Positions 7,770 through 16,987 of a stretch of 64,000 nucleotides of DNA are shown piece after piece. Source of the stretch: Planctomycetota bacterium. Lineage in GTDB: Bacteria > Planctomycetota > Brocadiia > SM23-32 > JAKLEA01. Numbering within the stretch: the stretch's first letter is position 1; every line of letters starts with the position of its first letter. The notes under the pieces are model-generated. The model had not been told where the DNA came from. It saw only the letters and a list, made by a program, of their open reading frames with translations, and searched no databases. Both the position numbers and the translations under genes were made by a program. The stretch lies in NCBI GenBank assembly GCA_022711755.1, contig JAKLEA010000028.1:3020-67019 (forward strand), read 5' to 3'.

Positions 7770-8480
7770 ATGAGAATCTGGATTGTGCCGGAATTGACGC
7801 TTGTCGTCTTGATGTTCTTCCTTGTTATCACGTTCCAGATGGCATCAACCGCCGGAGAAAAGAACGAAGCCGCGGGTGTCAATGGTGCAACCGCCAAAAT
7901 CCTGTTCGAGGATGACTTCAGCAAGGGCGCGGACAAGTGGACTTTCACCGACGCCAACGCCTGGGAAGCGCAGAAAGAGGGGGAAAACGGTGTTTTGGCG
8001 CTCAAGGCGCGAAGCAAATACAAGCCCGCAGTGCGTTCCCCGGAAAGCATCGCGTGGGCGAAGGACCTCGACGTGAAGAGCTTCGTCATGGACGTTTGCC
8101 TGAAAACCACCGACACCGTGGGCGGCGGGCATCAGGACATGTGCCTGTTCTTCGGGCGTCAGGACGCAGAGCATTTCTATTACGTCCACATAGCGATGAA
8201 GTCGGACGCGCACGCTAACTCGATTTTCATTGTCAACGGCAAACCCCGCGTCTCCATCGCGAAGGAACGAACCAAGGGAACAGCATGGGATAAAGGGTAT
8301 CACGTGGCCCGGATTGTCCGCGATGCGGACACCGGCGTCATAGAGGTCTACTTCGACGACATGTCAAAGCCTATAATGAAGGCCGAGGACAAGACTTTCC
8401 TGTCCGGTCCGGTCGGAATCGGCTCATTCGACAACACAGGCGTTTTCGATTACGTCCGCGTCTGGGACCGCAAGCCATGA
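7770..8480 (+). CDS. secreted concanavalin-A-like (LamG / DUF1080-like) protein
   Basis: 236 aa. AGGAGA SD before ATG 7770. Signal peptide. N-terminal FEDDFSKGADKWTFTDANAWE and C-terminal GIGSFDNTGVFDYVRVWD are typical of DUF1080/LamG jelly-roll proteins. The canonical DUF1080 EVQILD-type motif was not seen. Confidence 0.6.
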   Translation: MRIWIVPELTLVVLMFFLVITFQMASTAGEKNEAAGVNGATAKILFEDDFSKGADKWTFTDANAWEAQKEGENGVLALKARSKYKPAVRSPESIAWAKDLDVKSFVMDVCLKTTDTVGGGHQDMCLFFGRQDAEHFYYVHIAMKSDAHANSIFIVNGKPRVSIAKERTKGTAWDKGYHVARIVRDADTGVIEVYFDDMSKPIMKAEDKTFLSGPVGIGSFDNTGVFDYVRVWDRKP

Positions 8481-8511
8481 GACGCGCGACGTGATTTGCG
8501 AGGAAGCCAAC

Positions 8512-9489
8512 ATGATTCGACGTATTGTGTGCCTTCCGGCGGCTGCCGTTCTTCTGGCGTCCGTGGCCGCCGGAACATTGAAGGGAGAGGAGATGGAAGC
8601 GACCATCAAGATCGAGGACAAGGGGAGCGCGTTGCGCATCGAAGCTGACGGGCAGTTGCTGGCGGAATACCGCTACAAGGACGTCCCGCGCCCGTTCTTC
8701 TACCCCCTGATCGGGCCGACGGGAAAGAACATGACCCGCCACTGGCCCATGAGCGAAGAAGGCAAGGGTGAAAGCAGGGACCACGTGCATCACAAGGGAT
8801 TGTGGTTCACGCACGGTTCAGTCAACGGCGTGGACTTCTGGGCGGAGAGCGACAAGTCCGGCAAAATCGTTCACGATAAGTTTCTGAGGATGGAATCCGG
8901 CGGCAAGGAAGGGGTTTTCGAGTGCGCCAACCAGTGGGTTGCCGCCACGGGGAAGGTCGTCTGCACCGACCGGCGGGTCCATCGTATCAGCAAGCGCGGG
9001 AAGCAGATTTTTGTGGATTATGACGTGACCATCGAGGCCTCTCAGGAGGAGATAACGCTGGGCGACACGAAGGAAGGCAGCATGGCGATCAGGATGCCGG
9101 AGACCATGCGCGTGAGCGGCAGCCTTCTGGCAAAGGGTTTCATAGTGAATAGCGAAGGCATAAAAGACGCCGCGACGTGGGGCAAACGGGCGACATGGGT
9201 TGACTACTACGGGCCGCTTGAGGGGGAGACGGTCGGTGTTGCCATGTTCGACCATCCGTCCAACCCGCGGCATCCTACTACATGGCACGTCAGGGACTAT
9301 GGCCTGTTCGCCGCCAACCCGTTCGGGATTCACGACTTCGAGAAGAAGCCTGCAGGAGCGGGCGACATGAAGATAGCAAAGGGCGAAAGCGCGACCTTCC
9401 GCTGGAGGGTCTACCTGCATCCGGGCGACGCGAAGGCCGGCAAGGTTGCCGAGGAGTACGCCCGCTACGCCGGACAGACCGGCAAGTGA
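8512..9489 (+). CDS. PmoA-family (DUF6807) protein, secreted
   Basis: ORF track gives 8491..9489. I prefer ATG 8512 after GAGGAAG. Signal peptide. Family motifs RPFFYPLIGPTGKNMTR and DHVHHKGLWFTHGSVNGVDFW. Confidence 0.75.
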   Translation: MIRRIVCLPAAAVLLASVAAGTLKGEEMEATIKIEDKGSALRIEADGQLLAEYRYKDVPRPFFYPLIGPTGKNMTRHWPMSEEGKGESRDHVHHKGLWFTHGSVNGVDFWAESDKSGKIVHDKFLRMESGGKEGVFECANQWVAATGKVVCTDRRVHRISKRGKQIFVDYDVTIEASQEEITLGDTKEGSMAIRMPETMRVSGSLLAKGFIVNSEGIKDAATWGKRATWVDYYGPLEGETVGVAMFDHPSNPRHPTTWHVRDYGLFAANPFGIHDFEKKPAGAGDMKIAKGESATFRWRVYLHPGDAKAGKVAEEYARYAGQTGK

Positions 9490-9552
9490 TTTTTTCTGCC
9501 CGATTAAAAAGACATTTCCATTTCAACAGGACACAGAAGAGGTCAGACAAAG

Positions 9553-11016
9553 ATGAAACAGCTTTCCAGACGCGAGTTTTTGAGAAAGACAGGTGGCGCG
9601 GCCCTCGGATTGGGTCTGGCGTCGAGTTTCTCAGCCAAGTCATACGCCCAGATCGCGGGCGCGAATGAAGACATCCGGGTGGCGGTCGTGGGCTGCGGCG
9701 GCAAGGGCGCGGATCACGTCAACAGGTTCAGCGGCAAGAAGGGCGTCCGTCTGGTCAAGATTTGCGACGCAGACGCAAGCCACATCAATTCAAGGTTGAT
9801 CATCGCCCGGCTGAAAAGTCCGACATGCGAGGGCGAGCAGGATGTCCGAAAGATTCTTGATGACAAGGGGATTGACGCGATTGTAACGGCGACACCGAAC
9901 CACTGGCACTCGCTGATGGTTGTATGGTCATGCCAGGCGGGGAAGGACATCTACGTCGAGAAACCGGCGACGCACAACATATGGGAAGGCCGCAAGATTC
10001 AGGAGGCGGCGGCAAAGTATAACCGAATTGTGCAGTGCGGCATGCAGCAGAGGTCCAATCCATGCTGGACGCCGGCCTTCCAGTGGGCCAAAGAGGGAAA
10101 TCTGGGAAAGATTCTTTATTCCCGCGGCCTGTGTTACAAGCGTCGCGGCAGCATCGGCAAGGTTGACGGTCCACAGCAGGTTCCGGCGACGGTCAATTAC
10201 GATCTCTGGTGTGGTCCTCGGGAGACCGAGCCGCTGATGCGCAAGAATCTGCATTACGACTGGCACTGGGTATGGCCGACGGGCAATGGCGACATCGGCA
10301 ACCAGGGCGTTCATCAGATGGACGTTGCAGCATGGGCGATCGGTGCGACAGAACTGCCACCGGGAGTCATAAGCGTAGGCGGACGCTTTGGTTACGTTGA
10401 TGACGGTACGACTCCGAACACGCAGTTTGTGGTTCTGGACTACAAGCCAGTTCCCATAATCTTCGAGGTCCGGGGCCTGGCGGATAACAAGGAAACGAAC
10501 GCTGATGCGCATTTCAAGGACACTCCCTATCGCGTAGGGAATATCCTACATTGCGAAGGCGGCTATGTCGTTGAGGGCAGCGCATTCGACAACGACAAGA
10601 AACGTATCAAGACATTCAGTTCCGACGGGGGCGAGGGGCATGACGACAACTTCATCAAGGCTGTGCGCAGCCGGAAGATGTCCGACCTGAACGCCCCGCC
10701 GTTGACCGGGCACATCTCCGCTGCCTGCTGCCACATGGGCAACATCAGTTACCGTGTCGGGCAACAGGCTTCGCCCGATGAGATACGCGAATCGGTCAAG
10801 TATGACTCCGGCGGGCTTGAGACGTTCGAGCGGTTTGTCGAACACCTCAGCAAGAACGGCGTGGACATAGGCAAGGAGAAGGCCATTCTTGGGCCGCACC
10901 TGAAGTTCGATCCGAAGACCGAGCGGTTTGCCGGCAACGGGGCGCTGGACGAGAAGGCCAATGCGTTCCTGAAGGACAGCTACCGGGAACCCTTCGTTAT
11001 TCCGGAGAAGGTCTGA
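9553..11016 (+). CDS. Gfo/Idh/MocA family oxidoreductase with twin-arginine (Tat) signal
   Basis: 487 aa. AAGAGG SD. Tat motif SRREFLRKTGGAALGLG..AKSYA. Rossmann IRVAVVGCGGKGADHV. EKP motif (YVEKPATHN). Confidence 0.85.
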   Translation: MKQLSRREFLRKTGGAALGLGLASSFSAKSYAQIAGANEDIRVAVVGCGGKGADHVNRFSGKKGVRLVKICDADASHINSRLIIARLKSPTCEGEQDVRKILDDKGIDAIVTATPNHWHSLMVVWSCQAGKDIYVEKPATHNIWEGRKIQEAAAKYNRIVQCGMQQRSNPCWTPAFQWAKEGNLGKILYSRGLCYKRRGSIGKVDGPQQVPATVNYDLWCGPRETEPLMRKNLHYDWHWVWPTGNGDIGNQGVHQMDVAAWAIGATELPPGVISVGGRFGYVDDGTTPNTQFVVLDYKPVPIIFEVRGLADNKETNADAHFKDTPYRVGNILHCEGGYVVEGSAFDNDKKRIKTFSSDGGEGHDDNFIKAVRSRKMSDLNAPPLTGHISAACCHMGNISYRVGQQASPDEIRESVKYDSGGLETFERFVEHLSKNGVDIGKEKAILGPHLKFDPKTERFAGNGALDEKANAFLKDSYREPFVIPEKV

Positions 11017-11055
11017 GCGGTTGCTTCAGGCTGTAACGGCTCCGAAAGTCGCATT

Positions 11056-11130
11056 GGTGGGTCAACGCATCGCGCCATGTGCGCTGCTAACGACCCACCC
11101 TACTTTCACTGCGTTGACCCACCCTACTTT
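11056..11130 (+). repeat. REP-like hairpin element ending in CACCCTAC (copy A, with duplicated 3' arm)
   Basis: GGTGGGTCAACGCA (11056-11069) is the perfect reverse complement of TGCGTTGACCCACC (11110-11123). GACCCACCCTACTTT occurs twice, at 11092-11106 and 11116-11130. Confidence 0.6.
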
Positions 11131-11309
11131 AGGCATCTTTGGGTGCGGCGCGGACGCATTCCGGCATTATAAATGATTTATCTCAGCTTGGGCGAAATGG
11201 GATTGAATTCACCGGCGGCGCGATGTAGACTTACTCATTCGGTTTTTTTGTTCAAACGGCCTTTTGTTGAGGGCCGTATTCCGGCAAACGCATACGGAGG
11301 TTCGATAAA

Positions 11310-12092
11310 ATGAGATGGGGAGTCTGCTCCGGTCCAGATAACGCAGCCATGCTGGCTTCCGTCGGTTATGACTATTTCGAGCCGGCGGTCACCGGCGTGC
11401 TTAAGCTGCATGAGCGACGGCTCAGAGCCGAAGAAGTGAGTCTGATGTTCGCCAATCTCCCCATCATGCCGGAGGTTTTCAACTGTTTCGTTCCGGGGAC
11501 GATGCGCATCACAGGTCCGGATGTTGACTTCGCGGTGCTTCGCAGCTACGTCGAGCAGGTCACCATCGCCTGCGGGGCCGTCGGGTGCAAGGTCATTGTC
11601 TTCGGAAGCGGCGGAGCCAGGAAAGCGCCGGACGGTTTCGACCGGGAGCAGGCATACAACCAGCTTGTCGAATTTCTGAAGATGGCCGGGGATGAATGCG
11701 CCAAGCGCGGCATTACCCTGGCGATAGAGCCGCTCAACAAGACCGAGACGAATATTATCAACAGCGTTGAGGAGGCAGTGCAACTTGCTGACAGGGCGGA
11801 TTATCCGGCGGTGCGTGTTCTGGCGGATTATTATCACATTGCGACCGACAATCAGCCGTTGACGGAGGTCAGCGACGCCGGGGGGATGCTTGCCCACTGC
11901 CATATGGCTGAGCCTAGAGGGCGCGTTCGCCCGGCGACGGGGATGACGGATTACGCCCCGTGGTTCAAGGCTCTGCGGGACGCGGGTTACGACCGGCGCT
12001 GTTCGCTGGAATGCAAATGGGACAACCTGGCGCAGCAGGCGGGGGAGACGCTTGAGTTTCTGAAATCGGTCGCCGCCTCGGTCGAAGAGTAA
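11310..12092 (+). CDS. sugar phosphate isomerase/epimerase (xylose-isomerase-like TIM barrel), cytoplasmic
   Basis: 260 aa. GGAGG SD. Motifs GYDYFEP, ITLAIEPLNKTETNIINS, RVLADYYHI. No signal peptide. Confidence 0.75.
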   Translation: MRWGVCSGPDNAAMLASVGYDYFEPAVTGVLKLHERRLRAEEVSLMFANLPIMPEVFNCFVPGTMRITGPDVDFAVLRSYVEQVTIACGAVGCKVIVFGSGGARKAPDGFDREQAYNQLVEFLKMAGDECAKRGITLAIEPLNKTETNIINSVEEAVQLADRADYPAVRVLADYYHIATDNQPLTEVSDAGGMLAHCHMAEPRGRVRPATGMTDYAPWFKALRDAGYDRRCSLECKWDNLAQQAGETLEFLKSVAASVEE

Positions 12093-12143
12093 TTTCAGGA
12101 TATCCGGATTAAGAGGATTTGCGACCGTCCGGGGACGCGATTG

Positions 12144-12968
12144 TCAATCGTCCGTGGGCCACTGTTTCGGCGATCTTGAGTCCTTGTCATCCGGTTCGTC
12201 AGTGGGCCATTGGCCTTTAGGCGCATTGCTTGAGTTTCCGTTCGGCTTTTTATCGCCGGAATCGCCGTTGCCGTCAGATGAATCGCCGATGCGTCTGATA
12301 GGTTCGACGCCGGGCGGGGGGAATATCTCGCCGCACAGCGCGCCGGCCACTTCAACGCCTTCCCGAAGGCCGTGGCACAAGCTTCCCTTGCGTCCCTCGC
12401 GCCACGCCCGCACGATGGTCTGCCTTATCGCCATAAGGTTTTCCAGCCCCAATTCATGGGCCACGGTCTCGTCGGCAACCACCTCGACCATCTTTTCAAA
12501 CCGGCTGACGTAAATAAGCAGCACGGGCTTGCCCCGGGCCTGCGTCCATGACGCCTCCCGCAGCGTCAGCAGCGCGTTGCCCTGAACCTCCTCCTCCATT
12601 GTCCGGATATTGACCAGGAAGCGCTTCAGGGGTCTTACGACGCGGGCAATCAGGACGCCCAGCACGAATGAACCGCCGATGAGGAGCAGCGCTTCGTGGA
12701 TCGTGAAGGTCGAGTCCCACGGGCTGGGCGCGTCCGTGGCTTGAGTGGTCTGCCACGCCTGCAACTGGTAGAAGAATCGCCCGAGCCAGACGCAGATCAT
12801 CGTCATGACTGTGAAAAGAATTCCGACAACGTCCTCCGCGCGATGGTATCTGTCGCTGCTCTGGGTGACGTATGTGAGTATCTGGACGGAGGTTTTCTTC
12901 TCCGCCTCGACTATCGCGTCTTCCACCAACGCATTGTCGTCTTCGCTGAACCCGACTTGCTCTCTCAT
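12144..12968 (-). CDS. hypothetical membrane protein (possible TPM/TLP18.3-like domain split by two TM helices), acidic Gly/Asp-rich tail
   Basis: 274 aa. The start ATG overlaps the aspS stop (ATGA at 12965-12968). Two hydrophobic helices. Segments QILTYVTQSSDRY and KPVLLIYVSRFEKMVEVVADE resemble TPM-domain strands. The tail repeats QWPTD(E/D). The functional call is weak. Confidence 0.55.
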   Translation of the reverse strand: MREQVGFSEDDNALVEDAIVEAEKKTSVQILTYVTQSSDRYHRAEDVVGILFTVMTMICVWLGRFFYQLQAWQTTQATDAPSPWDSTFTIHEALLLIGGSFVLGVLIARVVRPLKRFLVNIRTMEEEVQGNALLTLREASWTQARGKPVLLIYVSRFEKMVEVVADETVAHELGLENLMAIRQTIVRAWREGRKGSLCHGLREGVEVAGALCGEIFPPPGVEPIRRIGDSSDGNGDSGDKKPNGNSSNAPKGQWPTDEPDDKDSRSPKQWPTDD

Positions 12969-14731
12969 GTCTCATCCGCCAGTTTGATGTGCAGTTCGCG
13001 GAGCTGCTTCGGCTCGACGACGCTCGGTGCGCCCGTGAGCGGGCAGGCGGCCTTCTGGTTCTTCGGGAACGCGATCACCTCGCGAATGTCGTCGGCGCCC
13101 TGAAGCATCGCGACCATGCGGTCAAGGCCGAAGGCGATGCCGCCGTGGGGCGGAGCGCCGTATTCCAGGTTCTTGAGCAGGAAGCCGAATCTGTCCCTGG
13201 CCCGTTCCGGGCTGATGCCAAGCAGGTTGAAGACCTTCTCCTGCATCTCTCGCCTGTGCATTCTAATGCTTCCGCCGCCAAGCTCCACGCCGTTCATCAC
13301 AAGGTCATACCCCAGCGAACGCGCGTTGCCGGGATCGGTCTCGATCAGGCCGACGTCGTCGGGATGGGGCGCAGTGAACGGATGATGAACGCTGTCCCAG
13401 CGTTTCTCGTCCTTATTCCACTCAACGAGTGGGAAGTCAACGACCCATGTGAGCTTGAAAATACCCTTGGGGATGATGCCCTCGCGGGAGCGGGCCAGGG
13501 TTGTCCGAAGGAAGGACAGGCAGGTATTGGCGATCTTCGGCTCGTCCGCGACGAAGAGAAGGAGGTCGCCCTTCTGCGCGTTCATGCGCGTTGCCAGTTC
13601 TGCGGCCAGATCGTCCGAGAAGAATTTGCGGATGGGGGAGGCGAGGCCTTCGTCGCCGTATTTGAGCCAGGCGAGGCCCTTAGCGCCGATGCCTGCGATA
13701 TCCGTCTGCAGGTTGTCAATGTCCTTGCGGGAGAGGTCTCCGAAACCTTTCGCGTTGAAGCCTTTGATGACGCCGCCGGATTCGATTGCCGACGTGAATA
13801 CGCGGAAGGTTGTCCGTTTTGCGATGTCCGAAACGTCGCAGAGGTTCATGCCGTAGCGGATATCCGGGGCGTCGCAGCCGTATTTGTCCATGGCTTCCCG
13901 GTAGGTCATCCGCTGAATGGGCAGCGAAAGCTCCAGACCAAGTGTTTCCTTGAAAATCAGCGCCATCATTCCTTCGATGATACCGATGATATCCTCCATG
14001 CCGATGAAGGACATTTCGACGTCAAGCTGGGTGAATTCGGGCTGGCGCTGGGCGCGAAGGTCTTCATCGCGGAAGCAACGGACTATCTGGTAGTAGCGGT
14101 CGAAGCCTGCGACCATGAGCAGTTGCTTGAAAAGCTGGGGGGATTGCGGCAGGGCGAAGAATGTGCCGGGGTTGAGCCTGCACGGGACGAGGAAGTCGCG
14201 CGCGCCTTCCGGGGTGCTTTTTGCCAGGAAGGGGGTTTCAACGTCAACGAAGTCCAGCGAGTCGAAGTAACGCCTCATTATTCTGGCGACTTTGTGCCTG
14301 AAGATGAGCCGCTGCTGGACGACGGGCCTGCGCAGGTCCAGCACACGCCATTCCATGCGCTGGGCTGTGGCTATTGAGTCCTCGGCGGCCATGTCAATGG
14401 CTGGCGTTTCGGCCTTGTTCTGGATTTCCAGGTCGTCTGCGGCGATTTCGATCTCGCCCGTCGGCATGGAGGGATTCACGGTTCCTTCCGGCCTTGCGGC
14501 AACCTTGCCGCGCACGGCCACGACGTATTCCGAGCGCAGCGTTCGCGCCAGATCGTGAAGTTTGGCGTCTGTCCGTGGGCTGAATACGACCTGGGTGAGG
14601 CCGTAGCGGTCTCTGAGGTCTATGAAGACCAGGCCGCCGTGGTCGCGCCAACTGTTGACCCATCCGGCCAGCCGGACTTCCTGATCGAGGTTGCTTTTGC
14701 GAAGTTCTCCGCACGTGTGCGTTCTTATCAC
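12965..14731 (-). CDS. aspS: aspartate--tRNA ligase (bacterial type)
   Basis: 588 aa. N-terminus MIRTHTCGELR..VRLAGWVNSWRDHGGLVFIDLRDRYG. Class II motifs FRDEDLRAQRQPEFTQLD and GGGSIR. GTG start with AGGAGG 14 nt upstream. Confidence 0.95.
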   Translation of the reverse strand: MIRTHTCGELRKSNLDQEVRLAGWVNSWRDHGGLVFIDLRDRYGLTQVVFSPRTDAKLHDLARTLRSEYVVAVRGKVAARPEGTVNPSMPTGEIEIAADDLEIQNKAETPAIDMAAEDSIATAQRMEWRVLDLRRPVVQQRLIFRHKVARIMRRYFDSLDFVDVETPFLAKSTPEGARDFLVPCRLNPGTFFALPQSPQLFKQLLMVAGFDRYYQIVRCFRDEDLRAQRQPEFTQLDVEMSFIGMEDIIGIIEGMMALIFKETLGLELSLPIQRMTYREAMDKYGCDAPDIRYGMNLCDVSDIAKRTTFRVFTSAIESGGVIKGFNAKGFGDLSRKDIDNLQTDIAGIGAKGLAWLKYGDEGLASPIRKFFSDDLAAELATRMNAQKGDLLLFVADEPKIANTCLSFLRTTLARSREGIIPKGIFKLTWVVDFPLVEWNKDEKRWDSVHHPFTAPHPDDVGLIETDPGNARSLGYDLVMNGVELGGGSIRMHRREMQEKVFNLLGISPERARDRFGFLLKNLEYGAPPHGGIAFGLDRMVAMLQGADDIREVIAFPKNQKAACPLTGAPSVVEPKQLRELHIKLADET

Positions 14732-14755
14732 GGTGTTCTCAATGCCTCCTGTTGT

Positions 14756-14773
14756 CGGGCCGTCTGCGGCCCG
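14756..14773 (-). other. perfect 7-bp GC hairpin between the HEAT/YbjN-like gene and aspS
   Basis: CGGGCCG-tctg-CGGCCCG at 14756-14773. No U tract follows. AGGAGG and the aspS GTG start lie downstream on the minus strand. Confidence 0.4.
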
Positions 14774-14818
14774 GGATTATGCGCCTGCTTTTATGGTTGC
14801 GAACCGGGGCGGGATTCC

Positions 14819-15661
14819 TCATCCTCCCAAGGCCATTTCAACCTTGTCGGCTCGCCGCGCTATCTCGAAAATGGTCTTCCCGAGCACGTTCGGGGTGGCC
14901 GCCTCCATCAGCAGCGTGTTGACGAGGGTTAGCCAGAGCTGGCCCTTGCGCTCCCGAATGGCCAGCGCTCCGTAGGGAATGTAGAGATTCATCTGCAGGG
15001 CCTTCTCCGGCGGGAAGTCGGCGGCGGGGCCGCAATCGCTGAAGACGATCAGCAATTCGTCTCCGTCCCGGTCCTTGCGTCCGAAGATCACGCGGACCTT
15101 CTGCTCGCGTTCGCCGGGAAGCTTGACGTGGATGTCGTATTCGTTTTCCCTGTGGAGTTCCCACTTGCAGTCGAATTTCGCCACGGCCTGCCGGATCAGT
15201 TCGTCCGGGGCGGAAGGCTCTGCGGCGGAAATTTCCATAGTGACGGGCACACCCGGCGTGTCGTCAGGCTCCGGCGCGGGGGCGGGAGCCGACTGTGGCG
15301 CAGGAGCGGATTGCGGTATGGGCCTGGCAGGGGATTGGACGCTCTGCTTGGCATGCCATTCCTCCCATGCCTGGCGATTGGCTCCGAAATCCTGCCCGGT
15401 GATTGACTTCAAGGCGTCCGAGGCGACGCTCATCAACTCCGCATCGGACAACGCGGGAATCAGGTTGGGAATAGCTGCGCGCGAGCCTATCTGACCCAGG
15501 CAGTTTGCAGCTGCCCAGCGCACGGCAGGCGTCCTGTGCGAGAGCGCTTCGCACAGGGGCTGGACCGCCTCGTCCCCCAGCATTACAAGTTGGCGGCAGG
15601 CCTGCGCCCTGAGCCTGAAATCGAGAAGCTGCTTTACCAGTTGAGTCGCTTTCTCGCTCAT
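14819..15661 (-). CDS. HEAT-repeat protein with Pro/Ala-rich linker and C-terminal YbjN-like domain
   Basis: 280 aa. The start overlaps the hisS stop (ATGA at 15658-15661). HEAT-like AVRWAAANCLGQIGSRAAIPNLIPAL. Linker PIPQSAPAPQSAPAPAPEPDD. The C-terminal fold call (YbjN-like) is tentative. Confidence 0.6.
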   Translation of the reverse strand: MSEKATQLVKQLLDFRLRAQACRQLVMLGDEAVQPLCEALSHRTPAVRWAAANCLGQIGSRAAIPNLIPALSDAELMSVASDALKSITGQDFGANRQAWEEWHAKQSVQSPARPIPQSAPAPQSAPAPAPEPDDTPGVPVTMEISAAEPSAPDELIRQAVAKFDCKWELHRENEYDIHVKLPGEREQKVRVIFGRKDRDGDELLIVFSDCGPAADFPPEKALQMNLYIPYGALAIRERKGQLWLTLVNTLLMEAATPNVLGKTIFEIARRADKVEMALGG

Positions 15662-16950
15662 ATCCCGGCTCCTTTCAATTGTGACTCTCGTATGCGATCA
15701 GCAAGCTCCGCCACTGGGACCTGCGCCGAATCGCCTGTGCTCATCTGTTTCAGATTCACTGTGCCGTTCTGGAGTTCGGTTTCGCCCACGACTGCCGTAA
15801 ATGCCGCATTTAGGCGGTTGGCCGATCGCATCTGAGCCTTCAGGCTGCGGCCTTCGTAATCAAGGTCCGCGCTGATGTCTTTCCGTCGCAGTTCGGAGAC
15901 CACGCGGAAACAGAACGATCGGGCCTCGTCGTTCAGGGCCGCGACGTAGACTTCGATTTCCTGTTCGGGCGGAGACGGAGTTCCCTTGTTCAACTCCTCC
16001 CATGCCAGGAGGGTCGCTTCCGCGCCGATGGCGAATCCGACAGAAGGGAGAGGCGGACCGCCCAATTCTTCAACCAAATTGTCATAACGACCGCCGCCGC
16101 AGACGGCGTCCCGCGCGCCGAGCGCCTCGTGGGTAATCTCGAAGACAGTGCGGGTGTAGTAGTCCAATCCGCGCACAAGCCGCGGAGATTCCATCCATTC
16201 CACGCCGAGGATATCAAGCCCGGAACGTGTGGACGCATAGTGCGCGGCGCAACCGGCGCAGAGGTGATCCGCGACCTTCGGCGCTTCGTCGGCGATGGTT
16301 TTGCAGGCGCGATTCTTGCAGTCCAGCAGGCGCAGGACGTTGCGATCCATACGGGACTTGCAGTCGTCGCAGAGGCTGTCCTTCCGGGCGGCGAAGAAGG
16401 AGCGCAGCGCGTCGCGGAAGGCAGGACGGCAGGCCGGGCAGCCGATGCAGTTGACTTTGATTTTAAATTCCGCCAGGCCGAATTCGCTCAGGATGGACGC
16501 GGCAATGCCGATAACCTCCGCGTCAAGCAGCGGAGAGGGGGAGCCGATGGCCTCCGCGCCGATCTGGTGGAATTGGCGCTGACGGCCCTTCTGCGGGCGC
16601 TCCCGGCGGAACATCGCGCCCATGTAGTAGAGCTTCCAGAAACCCTGTTTCTTGTGCAGGTCGTGCTGGATAAAGGCGCGGACTACGGGCGGAGTCCCTT
16701 CGGGGCGGAGGGTGACGGTCGCGTCCTCCCCGCTTGGGAAGGTGTACATCTCCTTCTGGACGATGTCCGTATTTTCTCCGGTCCCCTTTACGAAAAGCAC
16801 CGTGTTTTCGAAGACAGGGGTGCGGATTTCGCAGTATGCGGCGCGCTGGAAGACGTTACGCGCGGCGGTTTCAAGCCGCCTCCAGATGGGCGACTCGCCG
16901 GGGAGTATGTCCCGCGTGCCATAGATACACTGTATTTGTTTTTCTGCCAT
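15658..16950 (-). CDS. hisS: histidine--tRNA ligase
   Basis: 430 aa. GTRDILPGE and MFRRERPQKGRQRQFHQIG (class II motif 2). GGGRYD motif. C-terminal anticodon-binding domain. Confidence 0.95.
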   Translation of the reverse strand: MAEKQIQCIYGTRDILPGESPIWRRLETAARNVFQRAAYCEIRTPVFENTVLFVKGTGENTDIVQKEMYTFPSGEDATVTLRPEGTPPVVRAFIQHDLHKKQGFWKLYYMGAMFRRERPQKGRQRQFHQIGAEAIGSPSPLLDAEVIGIAASILSEFGLAEFKIKVNCIGCPACRPAFRDALRSFFAARKDSLCDDCKSRMDRNVLRLLDCKNRACKTIADEAPKVADHLCAGCAAHYASTRSGLDILGVEWMESPRLVRGLDYYTRTVFEITHEALGARDAVCGGGRYDNLVEELGGPPLPSVGFAIGAEATLLAWEELNKGTPSPPEQEIEVYVAALNDEARSFCFRVVSELRRKDISADLDYEGRSLKAQMRSANRLNAAFTAVVGETELQNGTVNLKQMSTGDSAQVPVAELADRIRESQLKGAGI

Positions 16951-16987
16951 CAGGAAGAGTCCTCAATCCAGTCGTTCAAGCAACAGT

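Noticed and set aside
12989-14377. 462-aa ORF antisense to aspS. Similar long antisense ORFs occur at 16129-16989 (hisS), 18367-19674 (GH20-like), 22786-23769, 43798-44640 (MetF), 59213-60592 and 60743-61522 (nadE).
   Set aside because: All lie fully inside genes with unmistakable family motifs on the other strand. Their products are Arg/Ala/Gly/Val-rich low-complexity sequence with no motifs. Long stop-free antisense frames are expected in GC-rich DNA.
15264-15310. Nucleotide tandem repeat encoding SAPAPQSAPAPAPEP inside the HEAT/YbjN-like gene.
   Set aside because: An ordinary Pro/Ala-rich interdomain linker. The repeat is short and imperfect and has no features beyond low complexity.
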